DNA of 64,000 nucleotides. It comes from Neophaeotheca triangularis. Lineage: Eukaryota. The DNA lies in NCBI GenBank assembly GCA_054600435.1, contig BAAIJX010000003.1, positions 496,001-560,000 of the forward strand, given 5' to 3'. Below are positions 24,213 to 35,715 of the stretch, one piece after another. The position numbers and the translations under genes are program-made. Each line of letters starts with the position of its first letter. The first letter of the stretch is position 1. The notes beneath the pieces were generated by a model that saw nothing but the letters and a program-made list of their open reading frames with translations, ran no database searches and had not been told where the DNA came from.

Positions 24213-24336
24213 GCACTGAACATTTTCTCTTGCTTAGACAAGTGTTGCCTGCTGGGTTTTCGTTTTCTTGTTGCTTTCCCCATCCTTGCCGTCCAAACCT
24301 CCAACTCGCTCCCAAAGAAAACCCCCCGCAACCATC

Positions 24337-26145
24337 ATGTCACACAAGGAGATCCCCTGCCTCAAGGAAACCCCGACGTCCAAGCAACTCCACGTCAATG
24401 GCGAACCCTTCCTCATGCTGGGAGCCGAGCTCCAAAACTCGTCCATGACTTCGGCGCGCTACATGAAAGACAAATGGCCCAAGCTCACCGCCGCCAACAT
24501 AAACACTGTCCTCGGCTGCGTCACGTGGGAGCAGATTGAGCCCGACGAGGGCAACTTCAGTTTCGAAGAGCTCGATGGCGTCGTCGAGGGCGCTAGGGCG
24601 AATGGCTTGCATTTGATCTTGCTCTGGTTTGGGAGTTTCAAGAATGGTAGGTTGCTTTGCAGTGTAAGAGCTGGTTTCTGCGTTCGGTTTGCTGTGGGAG
24701 TTTTTTTTTTTTTTTGGGGAGCTGCCTGCTGATGCATAGATACAATAGGTCTTTCGAACTATGTTCCCCCTTGGGTCAAGACGGATCCTAAACGCTTCCC
24801 TAGGGCCATGTTGAGGAAGGCTGGCGGGCACATGGAGATTGGGGATGTTTTGTCCGTCTTCTCCGAGGAGTCGCGCAAGGCGGATGCCAAGGCTTTTGGG
24901 AAGCTCATGGCGCATCTCAAGGAGCTGGACGAGAAGCACTCGACTGTTATTATGGTGCAGGTCGAGAACGAGTGCGGCTTGTTGGGCGATTCGAGAGATG
25001 CTGGCAAGGCTGCTGTGAAGAAGTTCAACGAACCGGTGCCGCAGGATCTGATCAAGAAGCTGGCTGGTGACTTTGATAAATTGCGACCTGAGCTGCAAAA
25101 GGCTTTGTCGACTTTCAGGGCTACCTCGAATGGCTCAAAGGGTGGCTCTTGGGAGGAAGTGTTTGGCAAGAGCCAGCAGACGGACGAAATCTTCATGGCC
25201 TACCACTACGCCCTCTACCTCAACCAAGTCGCCTCGGCAGGAAAACAGCAATACCCGCTCCCCCTCTACACCAACGTCTGGCAAAACTATGTCGGTGATG
25301 ACGCCGAGAACCCTTTTCCCGTCGTAGCCGGCGGCGGTGGCTTTCCCGGAGACTATCCCTCTGGAGGCAGCGTAATAGACGTAATCGACATCTGGCACGC
25401 CTTCGCGCCCTCGCTCGACTTCATCGGCCCAGACATCTACCTGAACGAATACAACAGCTCTTGCGCCAAATACCGCCACAACAACCAACCCCTGTTCGTG
25501 CCCGAGCAACGCCGCGACGACTTCGGCGCCCGCCGCATCTGGAAAGCCTACGGCTCCTACCAAGCCCTGGGCGCCGCACCCTTCGGCATCGACACCGTCG
25601 AGCCCGCCGACAACCCTTTCCGCCAGCACTACGGCCTGCTCAAAAGCGTGCGCCAAATCGTCCTCCAAGCCCAACGCGACGGCAACAGCGTGGGCTTCTA
25701 CTTTGACGAGCTGAACCCCGACGGCAGCGACCCGTCCCCCAAAGTGCAAGTGCGCTTCGGCGACTTCAACCTCACCATCCAGCGCTCCTTTGTCTTCGGC
25801 AAGCCCTCGCCCGGCTGGGGCATGGTCATCCACACGGGCAAGAGCTCCGGCAAGGACACCTTCCTCCTCATCGGCCTCGGTTTCATGGTCGAGTTCCATC
25901 ACGTCTCCAAACAGTATACGAGCATTCTCCGCTTCGCCGAGAAGGAGGTTGTCGATGCCGAAAAGGGCGAGCTCAGGACGCTGCGCATGCTGAATGGTGA
26001 CGAGACTCGTAGCGGGCTGTACTGCATCATGCCCAACGAGGACCCCGATTATGGCGGCTTTCCGATTAGTATTACCATTCCCGCAGGCACTTGTATTGCG
26101 GAGTGTGAGGCTTATGCCATTGGGGAGGAGGATGTGGATGCTTAG
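24337..26145 (+). CDS. Intracellular glycoside hydrolase, GH35 beta-galactosidase-like with DUF5597-type C-terminus, 568 aa, 2 exons (24337-24646, 24749-26145)
   Basis: GAELQNSS, WEQIEPDEG, LLWFGSFKNG/LSNYVPPWVK across the intron, MVQVENE (acid/base Glu), PDIY, LFVPEQ (nucleophile), LNGDE. No signal peptide. Confidence 0.92.
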
Positions 26146-26960
26146 ATGGAAAGGCTGGGGGCGAGGGCAAGGAAGGAAGGAAGGAAGGCAATGTCGTTTT
26201 TATGTCTTGTACGAACCTTGATGAAATGGACATTTGACGTCGGAAATCGCCGTGTCCTTTTTTTTTTTTACTTTCGAAGTGTAGTAATCTCTGATATCAC
26301 GCGAGCTACAGCCCTTTCTGGACATTAGATCACCAACTCCAAATGACCAACCTAAGCGATACTGCTTACTCGTCTTTTTCTTTTTTCAAAACTTGCGCAA
26401 AACCGTCGTGCTCTCGAGATGTCGTGGAAATGCCACTACCACGTCCATCATCACCCCAATCGTCTCCTCCCGAAATCTACCGCGGCAGTGGCGCGTGAAC
26501 TTGGGCGTGTGTACAGCTCACGGCTCTCGGGAACGTGCAGGCAGGCGCGATAGTACTGGTGTCCGTGGTCCGGTTCACATTGGGACGGCTGGATTTTTGG
26601 ATAGCGGGTTTTGCTCATGCGGATTGCTGACTGCAGTTAAAACCCGCATTCACGTCATGTGAGGATCCGTGTCTCACAAATGATCATGATAGTCGTCTAA
26701 TCGTGCCCTCTTACCCATCTGACCGAAACCGTCCTCACGACCAAATTTGCCAGATCGAAAGCAAAAAGTACATACAAAAACCAAGGAAACTTCTCACGGA
26801 TCTCCTCACAACTTATGCATGCTTGTTCTTGAACACTGCCTCATTTCCTCAAACGCCTCTGGTCCCCTCGTAGGTAGCATTCCAACCGTCGACCGCCAAG
26901 GCATTTCCATCACATCCAAAATTGACCCCGACAACCTGCAGATACCCCGAGTCCCGCAAG

Positions 26961-27315
26961 TCAAAGCGATCCATTCCTGCATTCACAGTCTGCGCAGCCG
27001 CCGGGCTTGCAGTGCTTCAGAATATGCCACGTATAGATGAGATTCCGACTCGGTCCGCATATCAACTATCACGCAGGAAAGTTAATAAAAAAAACAAAGA
27101 GTCAGAAAGCGCCTAATGGCGAAGCCGGCTGGATGTGATGCTTTCGGGGCGGAAGGACTCACGACATTGCCGTCGTTCCCAGGTCCACAGGTCTTGCGTT
27201 GGTTGTAGTCGGATCTGCATGAATTTCCATTCCTCCTGGGTCCTTTGACGCATGCATCGACCGAAGAGATGGAAAGAGCCCATGTTAGAGCGACGGCGAG
27301 GGTCTTGGGGAGCAT
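26961..27315 (-). CDS. Small secreted cysteine-rich cationic peptide, 85 aa, 2 exons (27315-27163, 27065-26961)
   Basis: Signal peptide MLPKTLAVALTWALSISSVDA; phase-0 intron 27066-27162 (GTGAGT...TAG); exon 2 LICGPSRNLIYTWHILKHCKPGGCADCECRNGSL*; 8 Cys in total. Confidence 0.85.
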
Positions 27316-28757
27316 GGTCGGATTTGTAGGACGTTTGGTGAAGTTCTGAGCCGGGTAGGGTTGAATTCCTAGGTGACTGCGATTTCTGATGTCTGTGATT
27401 GGGCAGATGAAGAAGGCCTTACTGCTGGACGGATGAAGTCTGCTCTACTTGTAGTGCCTCCTGGGAGCTTCTAGATTGTGCCTTCGGGGCAAACAGCTCA
27501 CAGGTCTGCTAGAGTCTAGCCGTTCTCCTCAGACCGCGTCGTAAACCGCATGCTGTGCCCCCGCTACTGTTGGGGAGCTTACTGCAGCCAATTGAATCCT
27601 TCGAGAAGTCAAAGGGATCAGTGCCAATTGGAGTAGCGATGGAAATAGGTTTGCATGACAGCGAGCATCTCCAGACGACTGATCTTTATCCGCTCTCGGG
27701 TGCTTTCGTCTCGCCCGCTGTCATCTCCTGTTGCTGTCGGTTTTAAGGCTCGAGTGAAGGCATCTTCTGAACACAAGGATTCCCTCGGGGGTACGATAAG
27801 ACCCCTAAGTAAGTGTAGATGCGGTATGTCAGTTACTCTACAGTTGGGAGGTCATATGCTGGCCCAGGCCCGCGAAGGTTCTGAACTCCGGGAAGTGAAT
27901 TACCGATCCTTTTAGGGAAGATGTCATAATACAGGGAAGCTTGTGCTACCGGCCATCAATGTTGGCTCCACGAGCTGTCCTGCGTTCGTAACTCGTTTCA
28001 CGTGAGCGGGAGGCCGTCAATCAGTGAAACCTGGCTGAAAAGATGTACATGGTGGGAGATTGGTTGGTGTAAGTTTGGCTGGGGGAGGACGGCCGGGGAC
28101 GTAACAGCCCGCATGGACCGGTGAGAGAGCTACACCGGTGTCATGCGTCGAAGCCACTCGCATGAAGCCTTGAGGGGATCATTTGGTCTCAGACCGTCTG
28201 ATCTGACCGCTGAGTGCCTTCAAAGTTGACAAGTGCTTTGCAGCTTGACTAGACGGGCCATGAGCTGCATGCGGAGGGTGGTGATAGTAATGTGGTGAGA
28301 ATTCTCGCTTCACCGGTCGCCGTCGTCACCGTTCTCCTAGTATGTTAGCGTGTACTTCGTAAAGGATGGACTTGTAAATCAACTTACTCTCTACGATCGT
28401 TTGCTAGTGAGATGGGTCGCAATGCGGCAATGAGTTGAGTTCTCGAAGCTCTGGTTTGTGGGTGAAGTTCGCAAGTCTTGGCGTCCCACTTTTCCTTGCT
28501 GGCCGCTAGCTACACGATACAAACATAGTCATCTTCGAGTTGAGGTTCGACTAAAACTCAAACGTATCAACATCAAGCACATAGCAAGACTACACGTTAA
28601 GGAGAGCGAAGCACGGCCTGCATGACTCGTGGGCCATGGCTAAACCATGGTCCACACCGACAACAGGCTGGCAATGTTCGCTTGACATTCGTGCACAGTG
28701 ACCGATCAAACACTTCTGTTATAATTATAATACATTCGCTACAACACTCACAAGCCA

Positions 28758-29498
28758 TCAAGGCCGCTTCCGCTTGCAGCCCCTTTCCCTATCATCACTA
28801 CAATTCCTTTTTCTTCCCCGAACATTCCTAGCCATCGCCCTACTAGGCACAAACTGCCCACCACGCATCGACAAAAACGCAGCATCTCTCGCAAAACTCT
28901 CTCGCCGCTCAGAATGCTCCATGGATGCCTCTGGGATGCCACGGTCCCGAAGACTTACGCGACCCTCCACGGAGCCCTCAGTTGTCGACCCCTCACCAAG
29001 ATATCGTTCCAGTGAAGCCGGTGCAGAGCCGCTCACTCGATTGTACGTGTACATGCGCAGTTTGGCCGCCCGCATTGCTGCATTGCTGTCGCGTTCTTCT
29101 TCGGTAAGGCCTTTGTAATCGGTGTCGGGAGTGAGGTCGTCGGAGGCGAGGGGCGATGCTCGTGTGGCATCGTCTGGCTTTTGGAGAAGGGCGACGGGGT
29201 CGGGATCTAGTGTTGCGTGGATGGAGGCGATCGGGTCATTGGTGGACTCGGATGTTGCGTTCTTCATTGGCGTGGTCGGGCGACTGGGCGAATTCTGATT
29301 GAAGTGGTATGATGCTTGCTCCCATTGCTGGGTGCGTTCTTGTTGAATGGCTGTCTCGATGTGGCTCTTGCGCTGTTTGGGGTCAGGGGAGCCATTCTTT
29401 GAATGCTTTGAAAGAAGGATACTGACGTCGATATGAGGAGGGTCGTTAGATACATCCTCGGTGCCTGCTGGTGCCTGATTCTTCTCGTTCGCTGTCAT
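28758..29498 (-). CDS. Hypothetical hydrophilic protein, 246 aa
   Basis: ATG-initiated ORF with natural-looking disordered composition, isolated in an intergenic space; no domain recognised. Confidence 0.6.
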   Translation of the reverse strand: MTANEKNQAPAGTEDVSNDPPHIDVSILLSKHSKNGSPDPKQRKSHIETAIQQERTQQWEQASYHFNQNSPSRPTTPMKNATSESTNDPIASIHATLDPDPVALLQKPDDATRASPLASDDLTPDTDYKGLTEEERDSNAAMRAAKLRMYTYNRVSGSAPASLERYLGEGSTTEGSVEGRVSLRDRGIPEASMEHSERRESFARDAAFLSMRGGQFVPSRAMARNVRGRKRNCSDDRERGCKRKRP

Positions 29499-31374
29499 GC
29501 CGGTCGTAAATGTTGGTCGGAACTGCTAAGTCTGATTTGTGGTTTGAATCAGCAAGTGCGCTAAATTCGATGGTCTCTATAGTAAGCAGTCCTAACTGAT
29601 GAACGTTCCTGCGTTGCAGCTGCTTGATATCTCAGAGTTCAACACCAGAAACCCACGTTGGCGACGTTGCGTCGGAGACTTGCCAACTAATACCAACACG
29701 ACAGCGAGATCACGAAGGAGAGTATACTGTGGCTCCATCCTCCCAGCTAACCTTTACTTTCCCACAGGTTGCACTCAGCTGAGTTGCGAATACGCTACGG
29801 CCGGAAATAGGTTCGTGACAGACAACATATCAACTCACAATGCATTGGCATGTTTCATAGTGCAGCCTGGTTGGTGGTCGATGCAGCATGTATCAGCAGC
29901 CCTGGTTGTCTCCCCGAAGCAATGGCTCGCCCCAAAGCAGAGCATGCTACTTGATCAAAGCGAATGCATAATGGCAGCGTACGAGTCAGGCAGCACTATC
30001 AGGGGGTTAATGTGCAGTGTCAGCCCCTTGAACAAGATGAGAATGTCGTCAAGTAGATCAATGCTCATGGCGTACGTGCAGCTTGGCTGGCACTCTGTGA
30101 ACCAGGTAGATGGGATCGAAGTGGGAAAGAAGATAAGGCATCCAATGGCAGAGCACACTGTCCACTGTGCAACGGTTGTATGCACAGCAGCAATATAAAT
30201 TAGTGAGCCGCATTGTAAAATAGGCAGGCAGTCTTCAGTGGGAGGCTAAGGGCGAACCGAGGAGACCTATGAGCGCTCGCGAATAGCACCACGAAGTCAG
30301 GACTGACAAAGAGGTCGTTGCAGAGGAAATCCAACCACTAGGTGTACGGTCAAGATGTCGGATATCGGGCAAAGGCATGTAGACATACACGTGGCACAAA
30401 CATCATCGATCTTCCTCTAGAATGAACGGTAGAAACGTCTATTGCCCCTTTACCTGGAATCGAGACTGATGTAATTGTGCATGTGCGAGGGCTCGCGATA
30501 GATTGCGGTCACTTGTTTCCAGTATCCGGCTTCTTCCAAAGTGCGGTCGACATGGAATTTCGGCAAGCGTGCAGGAGACGCTCGGCTTGCTGGTGGGAAT
30601 CCTTCGAAAGTGCTGTGTCGCATCGAATCAGAATGGCCCTTTCGAAAGTCACGGCAGGCTCTCCGCGGTCAGCCGTCTGATCGTTCGCGTAAGAGCTGGC
30701 ATCAAACGCTGCAACGCAATACCAGGCTCATGGGGGTTGTTATGCAAGGCAAAGGGGGCTGTTTGCAATATCATTGCAGCATGCAGGCAGCAGGCGGACT
30801 GGAAACTTGGAGCAAATGTCAAGAGATGCACTGCTTGAGCGTACTCCTTAGATTCGATCAGGACGACAGCTAGACATCTAAGCAGCTGGCGGAATATCTG
30901 ACGACAAAACAAGTGAGGAAGAATTGCACCTAACGGCGAACGCTCTTCGAGTGAAGTTGCTTCTCCAGGCCCCACTTAAACTTAACGAGCGCTATGCTCC
31001 ACTTGATCAACTCAAAACCTGCCTTTTCTCCTCCATTACCTTACCGTGCGCTGCGATTTTTCTATCAAAAGCATATGTTTCCAGAACGAGCGGCCACGAG
31101 CAAATCCGTGAGATGGCACAAATGCATCCAGTGAGGTTGCTCGATCCTGAGACCTTGTCCCGGCATACCACGTGGGATAGAAAGTCCGAAAGCTCCCAGC
31201 GCAGCGGTAGCGAGGTGAAAGCTTATTTATAGGTTCCGTCACAGCACATGTCTTCACCACGCCTTATGCGAACGAATGCGAACTTGAAGCATCTCTCAAA
31301 ATCTTGAAATTGAACGCCGTAGCGTATCACATGCAAACATTGCTATTTACAACACCATCGCACCGTTTACAACC

Positions 31375-32816
31375 TCACAACTTCTCCTTCAACACAGCCT
31401 TCATCCTCTTCTCGACCGCCTCCAAGTACTGCGAGGTAGTGACGTAGTCATCCTTCTTACCACAGCTAATAGCCAAGTCCTTGGTCATGATACCTTGCAC
31501 GTCCACAACGTGCACGCAAGCCTCCTCCAAGCTCTCTGCGAATTTGGTCAACTCCGGGGTACCGTCCAGCTCGCCGCGCTTGGCGAGACCTCGTGTCCAG
31601 GCGAAGATGGAAGCGATGGGGTTGGTGGAAGTAGGGTTGCCCTTTTGATGTTCGCGGTAGTGGCGTGTGACGGTGCCGTGGGCGGCTTCGGCCTCGTAGG
31701 TCTTGCCGTCGGGGGTGATCAGGACGGATGTCATGAGGCCGAGACTGCCGAAGCCTTGGGCGACAATGTCGGATTGAACGTCGCCGTCGTAGTCTATGCA
31801 GGTGATTGGTTAGCCAATGTGCTGAAAGTCTGGAAGATGTGCTTAGCCTTACTCTTCATGGCAATCACAAAGCCGCCCTCGCTCTTGATCATCTGCGCAA
31901 CCATGTCGTCAATCAGACGGTGCTCGTACCAGATGCCAGCCGCCTCAAACTCTTTCCTGTACTGAGCCTCGTAGATCTCCTGGAAGATGTCCTTGAACCT
32001 GCCGTCGTACTTCTTTAGAATCGTGTTCTTGGTGCTCATATACAGAGGGAACTTCATGCTGAGCGCGTGCTTGAAGCTTGCGTGCGCGAAACCGGAGATG
32101 CTCTCTTGGGTGTTGTATTGAGTCTGCGCGACACCTCCTTCGGTCTTCTCGTCAAATTCAAAGACCTTGATTTTCTGAGGCTCGCCTCCCTTGGGGGTGT
32201 AGACCATCTCGAGGGTGCCAGGCCCAGGGACAACCATGTCCTTTGCCCTATATTGGTCGCCGAATGCATGTCTGCCGATAACGATTGGCTTCTTCCACCC
32301 AGGCACTAGTCGCGGGACCTTGGGAATAACGATGGGCTCTCTGAAGACGGTTCCGCCGAGGTGGTTCCTGATGGTGCCGTTGGGCGACAGCCACATCTTC
32401 TTGAGCTTGAACTCTTCCACTCGCTGCTCGTCGGGCGTGATGGTCGCGCACTTGACACCGACGCTGTACTTCTTGATCGCCTCAGCGGCATCGAGAGTGA
32501 CTTGGTCATTGGTCTCATCTCGATATGGCAGGCCGAGGTCGTAGTATTTGAGCTCGATGTCGAGGTATGGGTGGATGAACTTGTCCTTGATGTCCTTCCA
32601 AATGATCCTGGTCATCTCATCGCCATCGAGCTCGACGACGGGATTCTTGACCTTGATTTTGGGGATTTGAGAGGCCATGGTTCGTCGCTGGACAAGCTTT
32701 GCTGCTGCAGGTCTGCTCAAGCTCGAAGCTGCCAGAGAGGAGGCGGAGAACGATGAAGATGCGGCGGGGGTGGAGGTGGCGAGGGAGCGGGTAGTAATAG
32801 AGCGGAGGGACTGCAT
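31375..32816 (-). CDS. IDP1: NADP-dependent isocitrate dehydrogenase, 460 aa, 2 exons, with mitochondrial presequence and a second in-frame ATG at 32678
   Basis: [37 protein letters not shown], spliced [10 protein letters not shown] (intron 31794-31852), [10 protein letters not shown]. Confidence 0.98.
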
Positions 32817-34011
32817 TATTATGCGTGAGACCAAGGGAAGGTAAGGTTGTCGCGTTCGTGCCGTCTTGCCCTTTTTCAATTCTTGTTCCACGGCAGAGAA
32901 ACAGCGGCGGCACAGCAGGCTTGCTCTCAGCTTGTCTCGGCTTGGGGAGAGGGGGGATTCGACTTCCGAGATCGGCTGTCGCTTGCGGTCAGCTCAGCTT
33001 ATTACCCGAGGACGGACACGGGGAAGAGAGAGCTTCAGGCACGTGAAAAGCAATTGGGCGGGGCATCTCAGGGCGAATCTTCGGCTCTTCGCAACGGCAG
33101 CCCACCCTCCCGGCGCTGACAGCTGGGGAAATCTCAACTTCACTTCATCCAGTGGCTACTCCCCGAGCACGTCTCGTGTTTGAAGCTCTAGCCTATTGAT
33201 AGTCAATGGGACTACTACTATCCGCCCGGATGGATGTGAGAGCAGGCCTCAGTTACCAATGTCGTATGCCTACTCGACGCGCCCCTGACCAAGACCTCCC
33301 AACGTCCAGTTACGTTTCCCAATGGCTAGTTATTGAAAGGAACAATGGCGAGGCACGTGTTGAGATCGGTGTTTACGAACTTGCAAGCGTGGTTAATTGT
33401 GGACTGGACAAGTTCTGTGATGAGATATGAGCTCAGAGGGTGAGCTCGAATTACGTGGCGTACGGAGCACAAGAATGAAAGAATAAGATGATCTTTTGGT
33501 CGAAGAGATCAGGTGGTATAACATGAAGAGTTGATCTCAAGGTTAATCTGGCGATCGCGACATGAGTTTCGGACGACAATTCCCAGTCCCACCCCGCGAA
33601 GCATTACAAGCCGCATCGGGAATGAAAGTCGATACATGCGATATAGCATCGATAAGCGGGCTCTTTGGGACGCTGCGAAGACTCAAAAAAGAGCGGGTGC
33701 ATGGTAGGCAATCTGCCATCTCAAGAACATCGCCGCAGCCGGAGATGACCTCAAACTATGAACCGATTGCAAGCCGGACCCGATTAATTACCTTAGAGCT
33801 GTTATAACGAGAAGCATATCGCGAAAGTGAAGAACGAACCAAGCGAACGGCAAACCAGAAGTATATGGGCCTGGCCGAGCAACGCAAACTCCAGGCTGTA
33901 CTCTTCACTTCACTTCACTCCACCTCACCTCACTCCCCCCCCCCTCCCCCAGTGAACCCAGCACACCCAAAGAATGAAACAATAAATACCGATAAACGGT
34001 CCACGTGACTA

Positions 34012-34250
34012 CTCAGATCCGTCGGCGTACTGGCAGTACCTCGAGGCCCTAGGGGCAACTAATTCGGGAAGCAGGTTCAGGACTGACTAGTGCGCGGAGG
34101 GTGACCGAAGATCCGTGGCGTGTGAAGTACCCGCGGGGTTCATCCCCCCAAACGATCAAATCCCATGCGTTTCGAGCGGCTCGCCCGCCTTCGCCATAAT
34201 GGGTGTGCCACTCGCCCGCGGGGTGGTTCGGACTGAGACTTTTTTTTTTT
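34012..34250 (+). ncRNA. Candidate RNA polymerase III-type structured ncRNA (about 230 nt), family unidentified
   Basis: Closing stem CTCAG (34012-16) with CTGAG (34233-37); two long arms with G-U pairs; A-box-like CGGCGTACTGG (34023-33); B-box-like GGTTCAGGAC (34074-83); AATAAATA about 30 nt upstream; T11 tract 34240-34250; no credible ORF. Confidence 0.55.
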
Positions 34251-35715
34251 CCAATTTGTTGGGGCGTGTTATGGTGTGCTTATTTTATCAAGTTTATTTG
34301 ATTGTTTTTTGGTGTTAGTTGTATAGAAGGGTACAAAGGGGCTTTAGAGGCGCTTAGGCGTTGCTTCACTTTTGCCTGAGGCGCGGGGGTTGGTATGACG
34401 CACTTTGTTTCCTCCGCCGCTCCAACGCCGTCCGCGCCGATAGCACGTACTACTACTCGTACGAACATCTCGTGCCGCAAGCATGCTAATGAGTTCACAG
34501 AGTGTACTAAGCTTTCTACGATGGTGAGGGCCGGCTGCAGGACTTCGCCAGCTCCGCAAATGGCCGACAGTTCGAACAGTACCATCAGCTACAGTGAGTT
34601 AAGACTCTTCGCTATTTACTTGTAGACAACCAGCCCAGGTCCTTGTATACAATCAAGGATCGCAGCGTACTACGCCGCACTTTCGCCTTGATCCGAAGGC
34701 CTACCTAGTGCCAGGTCTTGACTTTCAATGGTAGAGCTGCGACAATTCTACCCGATTCCGATGACAACACTAAGATGCGGCGGTTTGCACACCACGCCTT
34801 CTCCCGGTTCTGGGCAAGAGACTGACATAGGCTTGATTGGCGCATCCCTCCAAGTCTTCTCTCATGCTACTCCTCGACTCACTAAATTCAAGCGGGACCC
34901 GAGCAAATCGAGACAACTTGATGCTTTACCATTGGCAGCTTCAATCAACCGCCGAGCTACTAGCAGAGCCTAACATGCCGAAAGTCACACGCTTCGTCGT
35001 TCGTTTGCTTGCAACTTCTGGTGCCATAGGTTAAGAACTCTCAGTGGCTGCGGATCGCTCTCCTTATTCCCGACAGGACCGCCAGAAGGTCAAGCGCTGG
35101 ACTGGCAGCTCCCTTTCCAAGAGCGACGCAGTGCACCGTACAAATCATCAGCCTTACTCGGCCTCCCTTTCCAACGTTTGAAGACTGGAAGCTTAGGCGT
35201 CGCAAACTGCGCAATTGATTTGCCCACGACTACCCGAAGCGGCGAGGCCTTTCTATGAACGGACGAGAAACAGTAGATTTATTGAAGTGTTTCAAACTCC
35301 ACCTCCACCAAAGAACAAAAGTAAACGAACCACGATAGGAGAGAAGGCACTGCGGAAGTCGGAGTGTTGAAAGCTCTAAAAAGCTGCCCTGTAGATTGAA
35401 CCTTGCCACCTTTTGCCTCCTAGCCCCTGAATGCTCGGCGTCACACATTCTCTACTTCGTTTGCGTGCGAGTCTTGTTACTCCGACTACATCGAAAAGAT
35501 CTCGCGAAGAGAAAAAGAGGGGTGATCGTACTGCGCGGCCCTGCGTGATCCGCTCTGCCGCACGAGCTAGCGCATTCCATACTGGAGTGATGAAGGATCA
35601 ATGATAACCTGCTAGTCGCCCGTCTTTTAGCGCTTGGTCTTCCGCCAGGAATCATACGCTAGCCATCTGCTTGCTAATAATGTGGCTTGTCTAGCATGTA
35701 GCTAATGCAGCCCGC

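Noticed and set aside
33562..33807. 81-aa ORF starting MSFGRQFPVP, reminiscent of ATP synthase subunit j
   Set aside because: No transmembrane helix or further similarity, and no usable splice donor after the motif.
34201..34240. GGGTGT...CTGAGA resembling the 5' half of a TPP riboswitch
   Set aside because: The required 3' half (ATAC...CTTGAT...GATAAT...GCG) is absent, a T tract follows, and no thiamine gene is nearby.
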